In this document: in pieces, positions 1 through 8,143 of the stretch
Layout: every line of letters starts with the position of its first letter
How positions within the stretch are numbered: the stretch's first letter is position 1
Source: a virus
Taxonomy: Duplodnaviria > Heunggongvirae > Uroviricota > Caudoviricetes
DNA: 21,388 nt
IMG/VR virus record: IMGVR_UViG_3300029080_000073
Direction: 5' to 3' (one strand)
Made by a program: the position numbers and the translations under genes
Notes under the pieces: generated by a model
Seen by the model: only the letters and a program-made list of their open reading frames with translations
Databases searched by the model: none
Told to the model about the DNA's origin: nothing

Positions 1-531
1 TCAGGAAGAGGCTTCCGGAGAGACGGGCCATTCAATGGCGTTATATGAGGTTTTATCAGTGATGGTGCTGAAATCCATCGCCTGCAGCGATTTCGCGTAA
101 ATGCGCCAGACTGTCAGCTTTTCTTTTTCTTCATCACCGATGATTCCCAAAAGTAAATCCGTCTTCTTATCGGATATTTCCCGTTCGGCAATCGCAGTAA
201 GACGTGCACGCTCCGACTCTGCCTGCTGCCTGTAGTCAACAGGGACCGGTAGTACTTCACCGTCTTTATAATACCAGCGCGCCTCTATACAAAAGCCATC
301 CGGTAGTTCATCCACTTCCACAATGGTAAAACCAACGGGATAAAGACGGGATACATCTTCCGCCACGGAATAAATAACGCCGGTTTCAGGATGCGTGCAC
401 AGCTTGTATTTCTTCGTGAATTTATCCAGTGATTCATAAAAATCCTGCCCGTCTTCACTACGGAAATACTGAATGCCGTCACCATAAGGCATGTCTTCAG
501 GGTAGTAACGCGTAATGTTTGAGAGTTCCAT
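1..531 (-). CDS. tail fibre assembly protein (Tfa family)
   Basis: ORF track 1..567; start placed at the internal Met (MELSNITRYYPE...) preceded by AAGGAG; C-terminus ends in the IEWP motif typical of Tfa/Mu U-like proteins; stop codon at 1..3. Confidence 0.7.
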   Translation of the reverse strand: MELSNITRYYPEDMPYGDGIQYFRSEDGQDFYESLDKFTKKYKLCTHPETGVIYSVAEDVSRLYPVGFTIVEVDELPDGFCIEARWYYKDGEVLPVPVDYRQQAESERARLTAIAEREISDKKTDLLLGIIGDEEKEKLTVWRIYAKSLQAMDFSTITDKTSYNAIEWPVSPEASS

Positions 532-545
532 TATTTTCTCCTTAA

Positions 546-1598
546 TTAACCTGATACAGATCGCCATGCACCATTAATATAAATCTGAGCCTGTTTGTAA
601 TACACGCCACCGATATTGTCTGCAGAGTTACGGCCAGTATCCTGAACATTAATGCCTGACAAAACACAACCAGAAGGTGCTCGAAACGTCCAGCTGTGCT
701 CGTTCTGGTCCTGAGTAAACGTGACTTCCGAAACAAGCAGTTCGGTATTGTCGAAACCACAGACCGGATCAAAGACAATCACCCGCTGGTTGGGTTGCCA
801 CAGCGTACCGTTACCCTGTCGCCAGCCCTGCACCACATAGGTGGTTTCATCCGTCCGCGCCGCCCGTTGCCGGGCTTCAAAGTCAGCACGCGCAATACAG
901 CCTGCCCCCGTAGCCTGCCCTGTCTGCCTGATATACATCGGACGGTAACGGGCAATAAATGCGTCCTCTGTGCGGGCCCTCAGCGCGGTGGTGGTGGCCT
1001 CACCGAAATCATCGTCGTTTCCGGCACGCTGCCCCGCCACCTGGTAAACAGAAAACCGCTCCCGGATACTCTTCTCCGTATCGCAGGAAAGGATGTTTTC
1101 CCCGAGCACCAGCGCAGTATGCGCCCGCGTTGAGCCAATACCGCCAATCACCAGCCTGCCGTGCGGGTCGTCGTAAGCCAGTGCCTGCTGCTGACCGAGT
1201 ATTTTGTTGATTACCTCAATCACCGTTTCACCATGATCGGGCTGGACGTCAGGAATAACACCCGACGGCGCACCGCTGTTCACCACCTCAATGCCGAAGG
1301 GCGCAGCAAGCGCCTGCGCAATCTGTACCAGCGATCGTCCGTTAAACTGTGTCGGTTCGGCTGCACAGTCAATCAGGTCAGCAGTCAGACTACGTCCGGC
1401 AATACCGGTGCTGACCGAACGGGCATCGTAACGAACGGGGGTCGCCTCCACCCAGCCGGTGATCACCAGTTCATCACCAATCAGCACCTCCACTTTTGAA
1501 CCGTTTTTAATGCGCGGCTGAAGCGTGGTGATACCCCAGCTCGCGGACATCTTTCCCGGTGGGCTCATCAAACTCCAGTACGGAGAGTGTCTCGCCAT
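546..1598 (-). CDS. baseplate hub / late control D family tail protein (P2 gpD / Mu gp44-like)
   Basis: 350-aa ORF directly downstream of the tail tube gene; N-terminal pattern resembles gpD/VgrG-N family as remembered; family assignment is by recall only. Confidence 0.4.
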   Translation of the reverse strand: MARHSPYWSLMSPPGKMSASWGITTLQPRIKNGSKVEVLIGDELVITGWVEATPVRYDARSVSTGIAGRSLTADLIDCAAEPTQFNGRSLVQIAQALAAPFGIEVVNSGAPSGVIPDVQPDHGETVIEVINKILGQQQALAYDDPHGRLVIGGIGSTRAHTALVLGENILSCDTEKSIRERFSVYQVAGQRAGNDDDFGEATTTALRARTEDAFIARYRPMYIRQTGQATGAGCIARADFEARQRAARTDETTYVVQGWRQGNGTLWQPNQRVIVFDPVCGFDNTELLVSEVTFTQDQNEHSWTFRAPSGCVLSGINVQDTGRNSADNIGGVYYKQAQIYINGAWRSVSG

Positions 1599-1634
1599 GA
1601 GCGGTAATCGGTTTCTTTAACTCAAGCTCTTTCA

Positions 1635-1991
1635 TTACTGGTAATCCCCTTCTTCACCGTGGAACTCAAGATCGACCGTGCCTTCTTCGGCATTATGGTT
1701 CGCTTCGCCGTGCAGCCAGGCAGACGACAGTACATAGACCTGACCGTTCGCCAGCTCGGCAGTGATGGTCATCTCATCAGACGAGGTGATTTTGCTCACC
1801 GGAAAATTCTTCGGCACCTTGAAGGTCCCTTTGACATAAGGCGCACGGTGAGTTTCCTTGCGGTCCACTGAACCGTCCAGGCCGATGATGTCATCATTGA
1901 CCGTCCTGTTCATGGGCACCTCAATGCCGCCGGTCAGTGATAGCTGCTGACCGTCAATTTTGAAATAACAGGTTCCCCCGATACGGGCCAT
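1635..1991 (-). CDS. contractile-tail tube protein
   Basis: 118-aa ORF immediately after the sheath-like ORF (stop/start abut at 1991), with size and position typical of Mu gpM / P2 FII tube proteins. Confidence 0.5.
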   Translation of the reverse strand: MARIGGTCYFKIDGQQLSLTGGIEVPMNRTVNDDIIGLDGSVDRKETHRAPYVKGTFKVPKNFPVSKITSSDEMTITAELANGQVYVLSSAWLHGEANHNAEEGTVDLEFHGEEGDYQ

Positions 1992-2767
1992 TATGCAGAC
2001 TCCTCTGAATACTGAAGACGGAACTGGTTAACCACGGCAAAGACACGCAACTGGTTAACATAGTCAGGCGGGAACAGCGTGTTCAGGCGGTTCGGATCGC
2101 TGGCATCACGCTCCACAACCAGGTACTGCTTGAACAGTTCGTAGTTTTCCACGATCCCCGCACGCTCGAGCTGACGGTAGGTTGCCAGCAGTTCCCCTTT
2201 GATCACCGCCGGGGTGACAATCGCCTGACCGGGACCAAAGCGGGTACCGTCACTGGCAAGCTTGTGACGCCCGTACTTACTGGTAATGACGGATTTCAGT
2301 TTGCGCAGTACATACGCGCTGGTATGCAGCGTCTCGCTGTCGAGGTAGCTGTTATCCGCAACCCCGTAAGCGTTTTTCCTGTACGTGGTGACATCACGCT
2401 GAATGCGCAGCACCCCGCTTTCGACATACGCCGTTGCCACGCCATGAGACAGCAGGGTCTGCTGCTCGGTCATTGTGAACCGTTTCCCCTTCGGCGCAGG
2501 CAGCATACCCACCAGCTCACCGGTCTGCGTGGGACGTGCCGGATCGTTGCGGATAAACACTGCCGCGCGGGCGGTACGGCTGGCTGCCAGCTCGTCGGCA
2601 GGCGTCTGGGTGTCTTTTTCGTACCCCGCCAGGGTAATGTGCTGCTGGTTAAACTGGTCACCTGCGGTCACCAGTTCTGACAGCGTGCCGGTCTTTGCCG
2701 TATACACATGACCATACAGCTGACGCGCATAGCTCCAGCGACCGCTGGTATCGTTCATCTCGGTCAC
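1991..2767 (-). pseudogene. tail sheath protein, C-terminal portion only (truncated)
   Basis: 258-aa ORF directly upstream of the tube gene with a sheath-like C-terminus; too short for a sheath and overlaps the terminase fragment in another frame. Confidence 0.45.
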
Positions 2768-3332
2768 CGTCCTCCGGACGGCTCATGCTTTGAGCATGTA
2801 CTTCAATACCAAATGCTTCACGCAATGGCTCCGTGCGTTGCGCCATCAGTCTGGCTGGACGAAAAACTTCCCACGCCTGTTTCTCTGTTGTGGCCCCGGA
2901 ATACACTTCAGCGCCAAATTCATCATCGCAGGCAAACATATACAGACCAACGCCAGCAGACATTGCTGATTTCCCGTTTTTACGGGGTATTTCGTTGTAA
3001 GCCTCGCGAAATCGACGCAGACCGCTCTTTTTTCTCACCCACCCAAACACAACACAGATACAGAACAACTGCCAGGGTTCAAGCGTAATGGGCATCCGCT
3101 TAAATGCCCACTCCCCTTTGGTGTGTGGCAAAAGCTGGATAAATTTCGCCACCCGCTCAGCTTTATCTTTATCAAATTTAAACGGATAGTTTTTTTTAAC
3201 TGAATTTTCCAGGTCATCAAGGTGACGCTGGCAGGCTAGAACGACATAACGGCAAACCTGAATTTTTCCGCGAACCACGTCACGTGCATACTGATTTGCG
3301 GCATTAACGTTCACGTAATTTTTTCGTGTCAT
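2658..3332 (-). pseudogene. terminase large subunit, N-terminal ATPase fragment (truncated)
   Basis: Follows the small terminase gene with overlapping stop/start; Walker A-like PRKNGKS present; only 224 aa with a non-protein-like tail ([11 protein letters not shown]...), no nuclease domain. Confidence 0.6.
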
Positions 3333-3799
3333 AGGTTTTTAAATGGATTATCGCTCCCCTGCTTCGGCGTGATAAGCCGCTGCCGACTGGCAGGATCGAG
3401 TCCTAATAAACTACCGAATGTCACCATTTGTCTGGCGGCCTCATTTGCCGCCGTGAGTGCCGGGTTTTTCTTTGGCCCCGCCTCACTCTCTACCGTAATC
3501 CCAACGCGCATAACCTCCTGCTGCGACTCATGCCAGTTGCGAAAAGCAGTGCAGAATGCAACGACGTTGTGCAAATCAGTAACATAAAGAACTCGCTGGG
3601 CACAGAGCTCACGAATAATGGTGTCCCACATATGACGAGCGGTTTCATCAAACCACTCGGGAGGCTCAGCATGGGTGATCGGCGTGAATTTTGGTTCAAA
3701 CTTATTTAATGCCCGCTTGCCGGGATTGCCTGCCAGTTCCTTACGGGTAGTCGGCTTCGGCTTTCTCCCTCTTCCGGGCGCAACAGATTTTTCTGACAT
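3329..3799 (-). CDS. terminase small subunit, P27 family
   Basis: N-terminal signature [18 protein letters not shown] typical of P27-family small terminases; sits between the HNH endonuclease and large terminase genes. Confidence 0.75.
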   Translation of the reverse strand: MSEKSVAPGRGRKPKPTTRKELAGNPGKRALNKFEPKFTPITHAEPPEWFDETARHMWDTIIRELCAQRVLYVTDLHNVVAFCTAFRNWHESQQEVMRVGITVESEAGPKKNPALTAANEAARQMVTFGSLLGLDPASRQRLITPKQGSDNPFKNL

Positions 3800-3914
3800 G
3801 TCAAATCCTGAAATTTTTAATTTCGCGGGTGTAAAAATTTGACGAGGCGGGCGGTCCCGGACAGCCAGGGCTGCAGGGATTTGCCCCGCCCCTCCCTACA
3901 AGTGAGAATAATTA
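3800..3914. promoter_or_regulatory. candidate cos / packaging-site region between HNH and terS
   Basis: GC-rich non-coding spacer with symmetric G/C runs (ggggcgggg ... cccgcccgcc); HNH-terS-terL phages usually carry cos here. Confidence 0.25.
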
Positions 3915-4334
3915 TCACCTGATTCGTTCGCGCGCTGTTTTCGCTTTATGGCAGGGCCAGCACAGACTCTGCAGGTTGCTGTCTGCGTCTGTTCCGCCAT
4001 GCGCTTTCGGGATGATGTGGTCGACGGTTTTCGCCTCGCTCACCACACCGGCACGCAGACACAACTGACACAGACCTTTATCGCGCTTCAGAATACGGGC
4101 ACGAATCACCGTCCATTTTGAGCCATAGCCACGCTGGTGGCGGCTCAGTCCGCGCTGGTGCTGCACCCAGCCTTCACCACGATGTTTACCACAGTAGCCA
4201 GAACTGTCTGTTGTTGTGCCTGCGCAGCCTCGCTTACGACAGGCGCGGGGGATCCGTGATGGCATTGGAATCTCCTTAATACCGACATTATCGCAGCCCC
4301 TCACTGAAGAGCTGCTGTAATGCCTGTTACTCAC
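3915..4334 (-). CDS. HNH endonuclease (packaging-associated)
   Basis: HNH motif DHIIPKAHGGTDADSNLQSLCWPCHKAK with flanking Cys pairs; classic position just upstream of terS. Confidence 0.8.
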   Translation of the reverse strand: MSNRHYSSSSVRGCDNVGIKEIPMPSRIPRACRKRGCAGTTTDSSGYCGKHRGEGWVQHQRGLSRHQRGYGSKWTVIRARILKRDKGLCQLCLRAGVVSEAKTVDHIIPKAHGGTDADSNLQSLCWPCHKAKTARERIR

Positions 4335-4434
4335 GAATCAATCGAGCATGTTGACCGCTCATTTCAATGCGTAAGTATTGTGGCTTGCCGTCAATCAACG
4401 CGGTGATTAACTTATCACCTGTAGGTTTCCACAT
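4327..4434 (-). CDS. hypothetical small protein (35 aa)
   Basis: ATG preceded by a perfect AGGAGA at 5-nt spacing; translation MWKPTGDKLITALIDGKPQYLRIEMSGQHARLIRE; below the ORF-track size cutoff. Confidence 0.3.
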   Translation of the reverse strand: MWKPTGDKLITALIDGKPQYLRIEMSGQHARLIRE

Positions 4435-4607
4435 AATTTTCTCCTGTTTTAATGCCCCTTGCCGCCGGGCAGTTGATCAAAGTTCATCTTGATTCGGCAA
4501 GATTTAGAATGAATAAGATAAAATTGGCACACGCAGCAGAATTTCATGCTTTCCGGACGCTGACGCACCCTTCATTTTTCAGCAAAATATTCTGCTCTTA
4601 CAGGCGA

Positions 4608-4763
4608 TCAGTTCTGCAGACACTGCCGAACACCGTCGACAATTTCACAGACCTGAGACGCGGTATCGAAAAGCTGGCGCGCCTTATCCAGGCTGACGCA
4701 CCCCACCAATAAAAAAGGCACCAGTATCGCTACCAGTGCCCGTTTCACCGCCGTTCGCGGCAT
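4608..4763 (-). CDS. small lipoprotein (51 aa from internal Met; track ORF 4608..4790)
   Basis: Signal peptide MPRTAVKRALVAILVPFLLVG followed by lipobox Cys (LLVGC); 29-aa mature peptide with two more Cys. Confidence 0.4.
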   Translation of the reverse strand: MPRTAVKRALVAILVPFLLVGCVSLDKARQLFDTASQVCEIVDGVRQCLQN

Positions 4764-4996
4764 TCTGTGTGTCCAGTGTTTTCGCGCCATATCACCACCA
4801 ACGCACAGCCCAAATCAGAACAGCGACCGCCACAAGGCGAATTGCAAAGGCCGCAGCCCTTGTCAAATCAAGGCTCGCGGGAGTTTCCATTTCAATACCT
4901 TTCATAATGGACAACCTCAAAAAGAATCTTTTATACTTTCCCACGAGGATTTTCTCCGTACTCACTAATCACAATTTCCCCTTTGACGTGAAAACT

Positions 4997-5035
4997 AAAA
5001 ACCCCGGACTGTTCCCCCAGCCGGGGTTTTGTTTT
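4997..5035 (-). terminator. intrinsic terminator immediately 3' of the endolysin gene (may act in both directions)
   Basis: Stem aaaaccccgg / ccggggtttt flanked by A-run and T-run on both sides. Confidence 0.55.
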
Positions 5036-5037
5036 AC

Positions 5038-5421
5038 TTATCGCTTCAGCTGAAAGTGAGGTCCGTCTTTCAGCGTTTTCCAGTCCCCGCCCCATTCGAT
5101 AGCGATCCCCAGCTCTGCGGCAGCCTGCTTAAATGCCTGTGCGATTTTCTCGTACAGAGGCCACTCCCATGACACCTGACTGCCAATGTAGGCCACAACA
5201 TCCACCGCATCACCGGTCAGGTGGCGGCTGTTCATGGTCTGGCTTTTCCCTTCCGCAACCAGCTGTTTCTGGCGATACTTACTGCGCAGGCCTTCCGTAA
5301 TACCGAAATCAACCTCCGTCAGCTCCAGCGCACGGCGAACTACAGCAACCAGCTGTGGTTTGACACCCTCCAGATTTTTTTCACTGCGACGGCTGAATCT
5401 GAATTTACCCGGCATATTCAC
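5038..5421 (-). CDS. endolysin, peptidase M15 family (L-alanyl-D-glutamate peptidase type)
   Basis: Zn-ligand-like motifs HLTGDAVDV and GGDW...DGPHFQL characteristic of VanY/M15 phage endolysins. Confidence 0.8.
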   Translation of the reverse strand: MNMPGKFRFSRRSEKNLEGVKPQLVAVVRRALELTEVDFGITEGLRSKYRQKQLVAEGKSQTMNSRHLTGDAVDVVAYIGSQVSWEWPLYEKIAQAFKQAAAELGIAIEWGGDWKTLKDGPHFQLKR

Positions 5422-5693
5422 CTCAACAATGGAAAGATTTTTGTGACGTTCCCGCGTGCGCGTATCACCAGCACGCAGAACAGCAGATTAAAAAACACTT
5501 CCAACCAGCCCGTTGCTAACGGGCGACCACACAGATAGCTGAGGGGCGCAAAGGCATACAGCAGCATCAGCAGCCAGGCCAGCCATGACACCAGCGGTTT
5601 ATGCCTGGAATCACGGCGACGATAAAAAAAGAGCGTCAGCACGATAACCGCGCATAACGCCACATTCAGCAATCCGGGAAGGTTACTTAACAT
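5418..5693 (-). CDS. membrane protein of lysis cassette (holin/antiholin-like)
   Basis: Two hydrophobic helices (LLNVALCAVIVLTLFFY, LVSWLAWLLMLLYAFAPL); stop overlaps the endolysin start; start set at internal Met (track ORF 5418..5747). Confidence 0.45.
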   Translation of the reverse strand: MLSNLPGLLNVALCAVIVLTLFFYRRRDSRHKPLVSWLAWLLMLLYAFAPLSYLCGRPLATGWLEVFFNLLFCVLVIRARGNVTKIFPLLR

Positions 5694-6075
5694 TGCCGCC
5701 TCCTCCACCCCGCAGGCGGGAGAACACACCGGACACCAGCGATGCAATATCCTGCTGGTGGATGAACGAGAGAATCTTCACCGACACCACCGAGACCAGC
5801 ACCGCGCAAAGCGCATCTGCTGATGTAGCGTCATACCCTGTTTTTGATGCAATCCAGGCTGACAGCACACGCGCTCCCAGCACGCCGACAATAAACGACA
5901 CCAGAAAATGTGCCACCACGCGCCAGACTGAAAGTGACTGTGGCATTGTTGCCACAAATAACGCCCCGGCGAACGCGCCAAACACAATCCCGAAATCCAT
6001 CCCGGTAAACAGCCCGAATACCGTCGCGCCACCCAGCGCCGCAGCCGTGCCGGAACCGGATAAGGGTTCAGACAT
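5683..6075 (-). CDS. putative holin (multi-pass membrane protein)
   Basis: Gly/Ala-rich hydrophobic segments (GMDFGIVFGAFAGALFVA, FLVSFIVGVLGARVL); immediately upstream of the other lysis genes. Confidence 0.45.
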   Translation of the reverse strand: MSEPLSGSGTAAALGGATVFGLFTGMDFGIVFGAFAGALFVATMPQSLSVWRVVAHFLVSFIVGVLGARVLSAWIASKTGYDATSADALCAVLVSVVSVKILSFIHQQDIASLVSGVFSRLRGGGGGNVK

Positions 6076-6311
6076 ACTTCCTCCTGAAAATAAAAAAGGG
6101 CCACCAGCGACCCGTAAAAAAACACCCCGTCAAAGGCATCCGCAGATGCCTTTTGTGTGATGTTATTCAGATTTACGCAGTAAAGGCCGGAGCACGACCA
6201 GCGCCATCGCCACCAGCACACCATCTGCCAGCACCGACATCAGTCGTCCGGTGAAATCAACCACCACTACCAGAAACAACAGGATGACAGCCAGCACAAG
6301 GCGCGCACTTT

Positions 6312-6914
6312 TCACAGGTACTGCTCCAGCGGCAACTGCAGCGCCTGCGCAATTTTCTTCAGTTGCGCTTCTTCTTCCTGAGCGATACCGTCCTGGTCAG
6401 CGATATCCAGACACAGGCACAGCACATTAACTGCATCATCAGTACCGGCAACATCAGCCAGCTGACGAAGAGCTTCGGCATTGGCAGAACGCGGCGACGC
6501 TTCATAACGGGCGCGGATATTTGCACTCATTTGTGCAATCTCACCGGAGAACGGCGCAAAGGCAGGAAGTGCTGCAATGGTTTTTTCCAGTACCGCGATT
6601 TCTTTCGCGTCACAGGTGCCGTCAGCGTATGCAATGGAGTACGCGCCCCAGACGGTCGCCTCCACTGCGTCACGGTTCTCCATCTTCTTCACTTCGGTAA
6701 TGGCCTTGCGGGTTTTCTTTTTGAAAATACTAAACATCGTGACTTTTCCTTTTAGTGGGTGAGCCTGCATAACAAGCTGAGTCAGTATTAACTGGCAGCG
6801 TTCGCGTGAAAGGTAAGTATTCTGCGCAATTTCCCCGACGGTCGCCGGTTCGGTGACGCTTAATTCATTAAACACCACTCTGGCGGTTTCGGTCATATCC
6901 TGCTGTTTTAGCAT
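6312..6914 (-). CDS. TerB-like (tellurite-resistance-fold) domain protein, cargo gene
   Basis: Paired YADGTCDAKEIAVLEKTI and IADQDGIAQEEEAQLKKIAQAL motifs resemble the TerB fold; start set at internal Met preceded by AAAGG (track ORF begins 7037 inside the terminator). Confidence 0.45.
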   Translation of the reverse strand: MLKQQDMTETARVVFNELSVTEPATVGEIAQNTYLSRERCQLILTQLVMQAHPLKGKVTMFSIFKKKTRKAITEVKKMENRDAVEATVWGAYSIAYADGTCDAKEIAVLEKTIAALPAFAPFSGEIAQMSANIRARYEASPRSANAEALRQLADVAGTDDAVNVLCLCLDIADQDGIAQEEEAQLKKIAQALQLPLEQYL

Positions 6915-7035
6915 GCCTTTTTCCCTTTTCTGGTTAACGTGACATACCAATACCTCTTGTCGAAAAAGCCAGCAAGCTGAAAGACCAGTATTCACAACTA
7001 CCAGCGCGTTTAATGTTCTGTGCCGTTTTTCAGGC

Positions 7036-7063
7036 ATAAAAAAACCCGCATAAAGCGGGTTCT
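7036..7063 (-). terminator. intrinsic terminator downstream of Q (tR'-like)
   Basis: Stem aacccgc / gcgggtt with 5-nt loop; on the minus strand followed by a 7-T run. Confidence 0.55.
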
Positions 7064-7068
7064 TTCAG

Positions 7069-7226
7069 GTGTCCATGTCTGCTATTCGCCTCGCGGTACA
7101 GCTTTGCGAAGCGTAGCTGGATTGAAACAGTTTATGGCTAAAAATACAAGCTTTTTTTCTAAAACTGCACAAACCTTACTACCAGCCAAAAATCCTCTTC
7201 GTGCAACAACAAACGCCCTCCAGATT
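7069..7226 (-). promoter_or_regulatory. candidate late promoter / qut region between Q and the terminator
   Basis: Position only: about 160 bp AT-rich spacer between Q stop and terminator, as for lambda PR'-qut-tR'. Confidence 0.3.
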
Positions 7227-7781
7227 CTAAGCGTCAGTAAAAGAAAATGCATCTCGCATCAGTGGATACAGAATAAACTCAGCTATTCTCAGCCACATAT
7301 CTATACGATTGCGGCATGTTGCATAGCACCACTCAGGGTGAACCTCATTCAACAATTCAGCCATTTTGCGTTTACTCATCCCCCGCCCTTCGTACCTTTG
7401 CCGCAGGATATCAATCAATCCAGGATAACGTGCAAGCGCTTTACTTATCACCCCATCAATGCGTAACGCCTCTGCATCAGTACAGTGAGACAACCAGCTC
7501 TTCTGTCTGCCAGCGATCATCTCTCGCAAGAATGCTTCCAGCTCTGGTTTATCAATCCCTGACTCCCTGATTCTACGCAGGGCTTCATTGATTGCGGTTT
7601 TTGTCAGTTTTTTGGATGCCAGCAACTGATTGAACATATTTCCTGGTTTGCCACCACCTATATACGACCAACGCCCCCACATCCGTAATTTCCCCTGGAT
7701 CCAGACGACTTCCAGCGTTTTTAGACGTAAATGCTCGCCGCTTTTGCCTGTAATTTCCGGATATATCATATTTACGATCAC
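7227..7781 (-). CDS. late-gene antitermination protein Q-like
   Basis: 184-aa ORF directly after RusA and before the terminator and lysis cassette, the DLP12/82 arrangement; assignment is positional plus weak recall. Confidence 0.5.
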   Translation of the reverse strand: MIVNMIYPEITGKSGEHLRLKTLEVVWIQGKLRMWGRWSYIGGGKPGNMFNQLLASKKLTKTAINEALRRIRESGIDKPELEAFLREMIAGRQKSWLSHCTDAEALRIDGVISKALARYPGLIDILRQRYEGRGMSKRKMAELLNEVHPEWCYATCRNRIDMWLRIAEFILYPLMRDAFSFTDA

Positions 7782-8143
7782 TCACTCTCAATTTTGTAAA
7801 TCTTCACGCCCAGCCGCCCCCCAGGAACGAGCTGACCGCGCACAATATTGATTTCATCAAACTGCTCGTCGTCTATGAGAAGTCCGGCATGCGTCAGCGC
7901 ATCCAGTGGTGCTTTCAGGATATTGTCCAGGTCACGACGACGTTTATCCGGTGGCTCTGCAATAATCTTTATCGCCAGCCTTCCGGACAGGTTTAATTTC
8001 AGCCGCTGCTGGCGAACAATAAGCGCCACATCACGGCGATAACGCTCACCGGCTTTTGATACAAAATATGTGCTGCCACGACGTCGCCAGTAAGTGTTCA
8101 CCGTTGGCGGGTAAGGCAAAACAAATTCTATGCGTTCAGTCAT
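7778..8143 (-). CDS. rusA: crossover junction endodeoxyribonuclease RusA (Holliday junction resolvase)
   Basis: 121 aa; motifs LPYPPTVNTYW and DKRRRDLDNILKAPLDALTHAGLLIDD match the RusA family (catalytic D-x-D-N). Confidence 0.85.
   Translation of the reverse strand: MTERIEFVLPYPPTVNTYWRRRGSTYFVSKAGERYRRDVALIVRQQRLKLNLSGRLAIKIIAEPPDKRRRDLDNILKAPLDALTHAGLLIDDEQFDEINIVRGQLVPGGRLGVKIYKIESE

Noticed and set aside
696-1499. Plus-strand ORFs 696..1133, 959..1210, 1161..1499
   Set aside because: Antisense to the 350-aa tail gene; Arg/Pro/Gly-rich and low-complexity, typical of GC-rich antisense frames.
2264-3220. ORFs 2264..2680(+), 2470..2661(-), 2475..2711(+), 2708..3088(+), 3035..3220(-)
   Set aside because: All overlap the sheath or terminase reading frames on the opposite strand or in alternate frames; no ribosome-binding sites or protein-like composition.
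4452-4712. Plus-strand 86-aa ORF
   Set aside because: Antisense to the lipoprotein ORF, which has a convincing signal peptide and lipobox; this frame has no recognisable features.
4736-5053. Plus-strand 105-aa ORF
   Set aside because: Runs through the terminator hairpin, with no upstream ribosome-binding site and low-complexity composition; the lipoprotein and endolysin on the minus strand explain the region.
5693-6224. ORFs 5693..6160(+) and 5778..6224(-)
   Set aside because: Alternate or antisense frames over the holin-like gene; the minus-strand one is Trp/Cys/Arg-rich nonsense.
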